Origin: Raphidiopsis brookii D9
GTDB lineage: Bacteria > Cyanobacteriota > Cyanobacteriia > Cyanobacteriales > Nostocaceae
NCBI GenBank assembly: GCA_000175855.1
Contig: ACYB01000047.1
Coordinates: forward strand, 60,001 to 92,000
Direction of reading: 5' to 3'
Length of the DNA stretch: 32,000 nucleotides
Part shown: piece by piece, positions 28,203 through 32,000 of the stretch
How the letters are laid out: each line of letters opens with the position of its first letter
Position numbering within the stretch: the first letter of the stretch is position 1
Translations under genes and position numbers: made by a program
The notes under the pieces: generated by a model
What the model was told of the DNA's origin: nothing
The model's input: the letters and a program-made list of their open reading frames with translations, nothing else
Databases searched by the model: none

Positions 28203-28266
28203 TAATTTTGAACTCTTAACTGTAACAATCTGATAAAATTTATAAGGTCTCTTTGAGCTAGGAGCA

Positions 28267-29292
28267 ATGGGAACGACTGGTGTAAGAATCGCGATTGACG
28301 CTATGGGGGGGGACTACGCACCCGCCGAAATTGTTGCTGGCGCACTGCGAGCGAAAGAAGAATTGGATATTCACATCTTGCTAGTAGGTGATCCCCAACA
28401 AATTGAAGCTGTCATACCCCTTAAAAGCAATAGGTTAGGAATAGAAATTGTCCCAGCCCAGGACACAATTGGCATGGACGAAGAACCTTTAAACGCTGTT
28501 CGTAGAAAGCGTGGAGCTTCTGTCAACGTGGCAATGGACTTAGTTAAAAACAATCAAGCCGATGCTATATTCTCTGCTGGCCATTCCGGAGCAGCAATGG
28601 CATCAGCTTTATTACGACTAGGTAGGTTGCCAGGTATTGATCGCCCCGCTATTGGTACAGTATTTCCTACCATAAAAGCAGGTAAACCAGTATTAATACT
28701 TGATGTTGGTGCTAATGTAGACTGTCGCCCCAAATTTTTAGAACAGTTTGCGGTGATGGGTTCGATTTATAGCCAATATGTGCTGGGAATCAGTGAGCCA
28801 AAAGTGGGGCTATTAAATATCGGTGAAGAGGAAAACAAAGGCAATGAAGCTGCTGTACGTGCTCACGAGTTATTACGGGAAAACACTCAAATTAACTTCA
28901 GTGGGAATGCAGAAGGACGTGATGTATTGTCCGGCGAATTTGATGTGATTGTCTGTGATGGATTTGTAGGTAATGTGTTGTTGAAATTTGCGGAGGCGGT
29001 AGGGGGTGTAATTTTACAAATACTGCGGGAAGAACTACCCCAAGGTATTAGAGGACAAATTGGCACAGCAATTTTAAAACCTAACCTTAAGCGAGTTAAG
29101 CAGCGCATGGACCATGCTGAACATGGGGGAGCTTTACTATTAGGAGTCAATGGAATTTGTTTCATTGGCCATGGTAGTTCCCAAGCACCCTCTATTTTTA
29201 GCGCCATTCGCATGGCTAAAGAAGCTGTAGATAATCAAGTGCTAGAAAGACTACAGTCCAAATACGAAGTTCTACAGGGTGAACCCCAGTAG
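28267..29292 (+). CDS. plsX: Phosphate acyltransferase PlsX
   Basis: 'RIAIDAMGGDYAPAEIVAGAL', 'AIFSAGHSGAAMASALLRLGRLPGIDRPAI', 'GFVGNVLLKFAE'. Confidence 0.96.
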   Translation: MGTTGVRIAIDAMGGDYAPAEIVAGALRAKEELDIHILLVGDPQQIEAVIPLKSNRLGIEIVPAQDTIGMDEEPLNAVRRKRGASVNVAMDLVKNNQADAIFSAGHSGAAMASALLRLGRLPGIDRPAIGTVFPTIKAGKPVLILDVGANVDCRPKFLEQFAVMGSIYSQYVLGISEPKVGLLNIGEEENKGNEAAVRAHELLRENTQINFSGNAEGRDVLSGEFDVIVCDGFVGNVLLKFAEAVGGVILQILREELPQGIRGQIGTAILKPNLKRVKQRMDHAEHGGALLLGVNGICFIGHGSSQAPSIFSAIRMAKEAVDNQVLERLQSKYEVLQGEPQ

Positions 29293-29480
29293 GAATTCTG
29301 GATGAATTTGAGGTTGTTAAGCCTATCCGCATAGCTTTCTAGAAGCGGTTAGCTCAATTCTAACTGCTTCCTGATGTTCTTGCAGAAAATCTCCACCTCT
29401 AACAAATTCGCTCAACCCAAATGACGGTGGTTTCGTCAGTCAACTAACTGACCGTGAATAAATGACAACGGAGATTAGGA

Positions 29481-30482
29481 GTGCAAAATTTATTCCTACA
29501 AGGTATGGCAATTACGGGTAGTGGGTCAGCCATAGCAAAAACTACCCTAGATAACCAGTTGCTTACTCAACTGGTAGAAACTTCCGATGATTGGATTACC
29601 ACAAGAACAGGTATTTGTCAACGGCAGTTGGCACTACCTCCAGAATCATTAACTACTTTAGCTACGGATGCTAGTCAACAGGCAATAGCAGCGGCTGGGA
29701 TTAAACCAGAAGATATAGATTTAATCCTGTTGGCAACCTCCACTCCAGATGATTTATTTGGCAGTGCTTGTCAAGTACAGGCTGAAATAGGTGCCGTTAA
29801 AGCTGTGGCCTTTGATTTAACCGCAGCTTGTTCTGGATTTGTCTTTGGACTAGTGACTGCGGCCCAATACATAAGAACAGGAGTCTATCAAAATGTACTT
29901 TTAATAGGTGCAGATGTCCTCTCTCGTTGGGTAGACTGGCAAGATCGTCGCACTTGTATCTTGTTTGGTGATGGAGCAGGAGCAGTGGTACTGCAAGCTC
30001 ACAAGAGCGATCGCTTATTAGGATTTGCCCTCAAAAGTGATGGTACACAAAACCACTATCTCAATTTGAGTTACCAAGGTAAGACCCAAGAGATCAAACC
30101 AAATATTCATACTCCTATAGGTAGTTATGAACCCATCACAATGAATGGTAAAGAGGTTTATCGTTTTGCTGTGCAAAAAGTGCCAGAGGTGATAGACAAA
30201 GCCCTATTTAGTGCTAATTTGACCGTAGAGAGAATAGATTGGTTGATTTTGCACCAAGCCAACGAGCGGATTATCAACGCTGTTGCGCAAAGACTTAACA
30301 TACCTGATCACAAAGTAATTAGCAACGTTGCTAATTATGGCAATACCTCTGCTGCTTCTATTCCCCTAGCGTTAGACGAAGCAGTGCGCCAGGGAAAAAT
30401 CCAATCCAATGATATAATTGTCACATCCGGTTTCGGAGCAGGGTTGAGTTGGGGTGCAGCAATTTTCCAATGGGGTAAATAA
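29481..30482 (+). CDS. fabH: 3-oxoacyl-ACP synthase III
   Basis: 'TSDDWITTRTGICQR', active-site 'DLTAACSGFVFGL', 'HQANERIINAVAQRL', 'NYGNTSAASIPLALDEA'. Confidence 0.96.
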   Translation: MQNLFLQGMAITGSGSAIAKTTLDNQLLTQLVETSDDWITTRTGICQRQLALPPESLTTLATDASQQAIAAAGIKPEDIDLILLATSTPDDLFGSACQVQAEIGAVKAVAFDLTAACSGFVFGLVTAAQYIRTGVYQNVLLIGADVLSRWVDWQDRRTCILFGDGAGAVVLQAHKSDRLLGFALKSDGTQNHYLNLSYQGKTQEIKPNIHTPIGSYEPITMNGKEVYRFAVQKVPEVIDKALFSANLTVERIDWLILHQANERIINAVAQRLNIPDHKVISNVANYGNTSAASIPLALDEAVRQGKIQSNDIIVTSGFGAGLSWGAAIFQWGK

Positions 30483-30498
30483 TTAATCATCCACTCTA

Positions 30499-31404
30499 AT
30501 GACCAAATTATCAGCAACCAAATATCAAATGACTAAAACTGCATGGGTATTTCCTGGACAAGGTTCTCAGTCCTTAAATATGGGAATAGATCTACTAAAT
30601 ATAGAATCTGCCAAAGCCAAATTCGACCAGGCCAGAAACATTTTGGGTTGGTCCGTAGATGAAATCTGTCAGGGTGACGAGGTGAAATTATCACAAACAG
30701 TTTACACTCAACCCTGTTTGTATGTAGTTGAAAGTATCATGGCAGACCTGTTGCGAGCAAGAGGGCAAAAACCAGACTTAGTTGCTGGTCATAGTTTGGG
30801 AGAATATATCGCCCTGTATGTAGCTGGTGTGTTTGATTGGTCAACGGGATTGCAACTGGTCAAACGACGGGGGGAAATTATGGATAATGCAGCTGGAGGA
30901 ATGATGGCAGCATTACTCAATTTTGACAGACAGCAATTAGAAGAAGTGATTGCTAAAACCCCCAATATTGTTTTAGCAAATGACAACAGTCCAGCACAGG
31001 CTGTAGTTTCAGGTACACCAACAGCAGTAGAAGCTGTAATGTCTCAGGTAAAAGCAAAACGAGCAGTTGCCCTAAAAGTTTCTGGTGCATTTCATTCCCC
31101 ATTAATGAAGAATGCATCCCAGGAATTTCAAGCATTATTAGATGATATAGCTTTTGACACAGCAATAATTCCCGTATCTTCTAACGTTGACCCAATTCCC
31201 AGCACCAATCCCCAGGTTTTGAAGGAACGTTTAATTCAACAGATGACAGGTTCAGTAAGGTGGCGAGAAATTTCCTTACAATTAGCAGAATCTGGGATTG
31301 GGAAAGTCATAGAAATAGGTCCGGGTAATGTATTAACCGGGTTAATCAAACGTACTGTTGAGGGTATAGAACTGAAAAACATCCGGAATCTTGAAGAAAT
31401 TTGA
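30499..31404 (+). CDS. fabD: Malonyl CoA-acyl carrier protein transacylase
   Basis: 'AWVFPGQGSQSLNMG', 'LVAGHSLGEYIALYVAG', 'KVSGAFHSPLM', 'EIGPGNVLTGLIKR'. Start is probably the ATG at 30529. Confidence 0.95.
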   Translation: MTKLSATKYQMTKTAWVFPGQGSQSLNMGIDLLNIESAKAKFDQARNILGWSVDEICQGDEVKLSQTVYTQPCLYVVESIMADLLRARGQKPDLVAGHSLGEYIALYVAGVFDWSTGLQLVKRRGEIMDNAAGGMMAALLNFDRQQLEEVIAKTPNIVLANDNSPAQAVVSGTPTAVEAVMSQVKAKRAVALKVSGAFHSPLMKNASQEFQALLDDIAFDTAIIPVSSNVDPIPSTNPQVLKERLIQQMTGSVRWREISLQLAESGIGKVIEIGPGNVLTGLIKRTVEGIELKNIRNLEEI

Positions 31405-31454
31405 CCAACCACAGGAATAGGATTCAAGCTTTCATGTCTGTCCATCAAGTAGCC

Positions 31455-32000
31455 CTAATTACAAATAAAAACGGGAGGTAAATTAGCACCTGTCAAATTA
31501 GCACCTGTCAAATTAGCACCTGTCAAATTAGCACACCTAAGATTCGCTCCTTGAAGATTGGCACCAGCTAAATTAGCATCTTTTAGATTAGCACCTGTTA
31601 GGTCAGCATTAGTTAAATTAGCTTCCATGAAATTGGCGCGACACAAATAGGAACTTCCTAGATGGGATCTCCTTAAATTTGCTCTAGCCAAATTTGTGTC
31701 ATATAAGTAACAATTGATAATTTCAGCCTCATACAAATTACAGTCTTGTAAATTACTACCAATTAAATTTGCTCCGATTAAATTGGCAAAACTCAGATTA
31801 CTGCGTACAAGGTTACTATAAGCTAAATCAACACCGTTTAAATTAGCACAGTGAAAGTCAGTTCCAATTAAGTTAGCACTGGTAACTACTGCATCCTGGA
31901 GGTTTGAATGCTTTAGATCTGCTCCAATCAGGACTGCTTCATCTAAATTCGCACGCATTAAATTGGCATTCTGCAGGTTAGCAACACTTAAATTAGCTTT
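31455..32000 (-). CDS. Pentapeptide-repeat protein, 5' end beyond the window
   Basis: Repeated A(N/D)Lxx motif. The frame stays open upstream of Met 31958 to base 32000 (KANLSVANLQNANLMRANL...). Confidence 0.93.
   Translation of the reverse strand, partial: KANLSVANLQNANLMRANLDEAVLIGADLKHSNLQDAVVTSANLIGTDFHCANLNGVDLAYSNLVRSNLSFANLIGANLIGSNLQDCNLYEAEIINCYLYDTNLARANLRRSHLGSSYLCRANFMEANLTNADLTGANLKDANLAGANLQGANLRCANLTGANLTGANLTGANLPPVFICN
31480..31534 (-). repeat. Three perfect 15-bp tandem copies plus a partial copy within the pentapeptide-repeat gene
   Basis: AAATTAGCACCTGTC at 31480, 31495, 31510 and partial at 31525, encoding LTGAN repeats on the minus strand. Confidence 0.95.

Noticed and set aside
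28887-29213. 108-aa minus-strand ORF
   Set aside because: Antisense to plsX; Pro/Ser-rich composition typical of shadow ORFs.
30335-31448. Short minus-strand ORFs (30335-30517, 30789-30986, 30953-31165, 31236-31448)
   Set aside because: Shadow ORFs of fabH/fabD.
31455-32000. Regularly repeated ~15-bp units suggesting a CRISPR or minisatellite
   Set aside because: The periodicity is explained by a pentapeptide-repeat protein; no spacer-repeat architecture.

Overview
This 32 kb window looks like ordinary chromosomal DNA from a filamentous, Nostocales-like cyanobacterium. Ten HIP1 palindromes (GCGATCGC) and several cyanobacteria-typical conserved proteins support that. Recognisable genes include asnS, cynS, an M48 peptidase, a metallophosphatase, sdhA, glcD, an S4-domain protein, tRNA-Arg(ACG), moaC, a YtxH/DUF948-like cluster, a TPM-domain protein, a HAD hydrolase, queG, a WecG/TagA/CpsF glycosyltransferase, plsX-fabH-fabD, and a pentapeptide-repeat gene running off the right edge. 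I did not find a convincing new defence or mobile system, and there is no CRISPR array, integrase, toxin-antitoxin pair or complete IS. The most interesting items are: (1) a cytosolic papain-like (C1) protease fused through a very acidic linker to a TerB-like domain; (2) two SpoIIE/PP2C response-regulator phosphatases, two RsbW-like kinases and a STAS protein, which together form partner-switching signalling components; (3) a DUF3782-like PD-(D/E)XK protein with a 75-bp in-frame tandem repeat; (4) several split genes not visible in the ORF track: an A9-tract frameshift, an in-frame TAG, a CT-repeat frameshift in a DUF1350-like gene, and compensating frameshifts in an ankyrin gene; (5) an IS607-family remnant directly upstream of asnS. 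All assignments come from reading the sequence; no database search was run.
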